A stretch of 57,921 nt of DNA from the NCBI GenBank assembly GCA_000934665.2, contig KZ538626.1, positions 1 to 57,921 of the forward strand, in the 5' to 3' direction. Position 1 is the first letter of the stretch. Each line of letters starts with the position of its first letter. Positions 56,346 through 57,921 of the stretch are shown here, piece after piece. The notes under the pieces are model-generated. The model had not been told where the DNA came from, made no database searches, and saw nothing but the letters and a program-made list of their open reading frames with translations. The position numbers were made by a program, and so were the translations under genes. The stretch comes from Catajapyx aquilonaris. Lineage: Eukaryota.

Positions 56346-57044
56346 GAAGACCCCTGGCCACCCTTCCACCTTCCTCCGCCCACATGTTATTAATAATTAT
56401 TAATAATGGAAGCCGTAAACAAGCCGAACACTGGACTACGGTCGATCGTTGTTTTAATATCAGTGCAGTGGTGCCAAACTGCCAACTCCCTGGACGTTTG
56501 TAAAGCAAAATAATTTCAGTTTTTTAACCTTTTGACGAAGGAGTGTTTGAGCCATTGCCTTACCCCAGCGCCTGAGTTCTTTTTCCCCTTTTTCCGGAAA
56601 TTTGATGAAGAGTGATATTAATGAATAATAATCCGCGGACTGCCCGGATTACCTATCGTTACCTGATCAAAATGACCCTGCGACCCATTTTTGAGGGGAG
56701 CAGAGGTCAAGTCATAAAATTCCGACCTCACCGATTTTCTTGAAATTCGGTGCAATTGGTAGCCCATTGGTATGCAGAGGTATAATCAAATACAGTGTAA
56801 CAAGCATACATAATACACACATACACAAACACACAAATCATGTAAACAAAGATGGATCCTCAGGCAACAGTGTTTGCGCCAAGATGTTATATGTGTGGAG
56901 CATCCATACGGACAGCAGAATGGAGTGACGGAAAGATGTAGTAAACAGCCAGATCACCAAGGAGATGCCATCTCACAGGAGGGTTATTCGATATTCATAC
57001 ATAATGCAAAAGCTCTTCCAGTGACTCACACTAGAAATACATGT

Positions 57045-57422
57045 GCATTTTTTTAAAGCCTGGAAATTCTAATAAGATAGCACCTCTAGATTGCCCCGTT
57101 AAGATGATGTGGGGCGGAATGATGCGAGTTTGTATAATAAGCAGAAAATGGATGCATACCTCTTTCAGATCCCACATATAAATGTCCTGCACAGCATCTG
57201 GGTCCTTTTCACCCTGCAAGCTTCTCTTGATGAGGACATCCATCCCACTTCGATAAGCACTCAGAACTGTCTGATCAGTCAGAGCCCCATGAATACTAAC
57301 CAGGAGGGTTTCAACCTTTTTCAACTTCTCTAGGGTTTTGTCCAAGAGGGCCTCTTTCGACTTCTTAATCTTCAGATGATGACGGGCCTGTGTGATTGAT
57401 TGAATGATTGGGCTTTTAATAA
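57045..57422 (-). pseudogene. Duplicated CHMP7 coding exon 4 with flanking intron sequence (gene fragment, or exon of a paralog extending beyond the window)
   Basis: 57387-57160 encodes ARHHLKIKKS...SIHGALTDQTVLSAYRSGMD..., clearly homologous to 49065-48844. AG/GT sites are retained and the intronic flanks align with about 48700-49100. No other CHMP7 exon copy is visible in the window. Confidence 0.8.
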
Positions 57423-57921
57423 ATGAGCCTCTGCAGGCCATTGCCATAACACTGCACTCCCGGATGCCAATGAATGCACATGGATGTGCCCAGCTGATAA
57501 CACAGCGCAACAAAAAAAAACTTTCGGCGTGTTATTCGGAAACCACTATGCACATCATGTTAGTAGGACCCAAAGTATCTGGGAAACGCCCGGGATTTCT
57601 CTCCCAAAATCTGCAGTGGGTCAGGGTGACCAAAAATGCGAAAAATTCAAAATATTGACGTTTTTTGGCCTATTTCCAGGTCTGGCAACCACTGTAAGTT
57701 TCGGATTTTGTTTTTGCTGGCATTAGGTGTTACCTGGGACTGGTCTGAAGCCACTATGGTGTTTAAAGTCAATCTTTTATAGAAACTGTGGTTTTCCAGG
57801 GTCTTTTTTATGGAAAAAATTCAAATTTTTGGTACTTTTTCGTCAATTTTTGGGGAACAGTGTATGGACTTTTTTTTAAAAAAAGTGTAGCGTAATGGGC
57901 TCTTTAGAGACCCTACAATCA

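Noticed and set aside
55554..57921. Transposon-like ends (TACAGGGTG at 55554, CAGGGTGACCA..TGGCAACCACTG near 57622-57693, and similar at 51163-51625)
   Set aside because: Matching partner TIRs or TSDs could not be established, so boundaries are unsupported.

Overview
Eukaryotic animal genomic DNA (intron-containing, probably a protostome invertebrate; the taxon cannot be fixed from the sequence). Four intact spliced genes, all on the minus strand, were assembled by hand with phase-consistent GT-AG junctions. They are an NK1/slouch (NKX1) homeobox gene (6540-12292), a type II membrane GH20 hexosaminidase-D-like gene (29219-32114), a secreted CUB + trypsin-fold protein lacking all three catalytic residues (44271-46881), and CHMP7 (47198-53741). 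A diverged but open copy of CHMP7 coding exon 4 lies at 57160-57387. The long non-coding tracts (13-29 kb, 33-44 kb) carry GC-rich islands with recurring homeodomain-type motifs, possibly an NK1 regulatory landscape. The window also holds many small mobile elements: Tc1/pogo-, PIF- and hAT-type MITEs, a Helitron, and nested tRNA-derived SINEs. There is an unusual nested multi-hairpin foldback at 23.2-23.8 kb and a 279-N assembly gap. No CRISPR, rRNA or true tRNA gene is supported. No new biological system can be demonstrated. The best leads are the nested foldback, the CHMP7 exon copy, the CUB pseudoprotease and the modular/nested SINEs.
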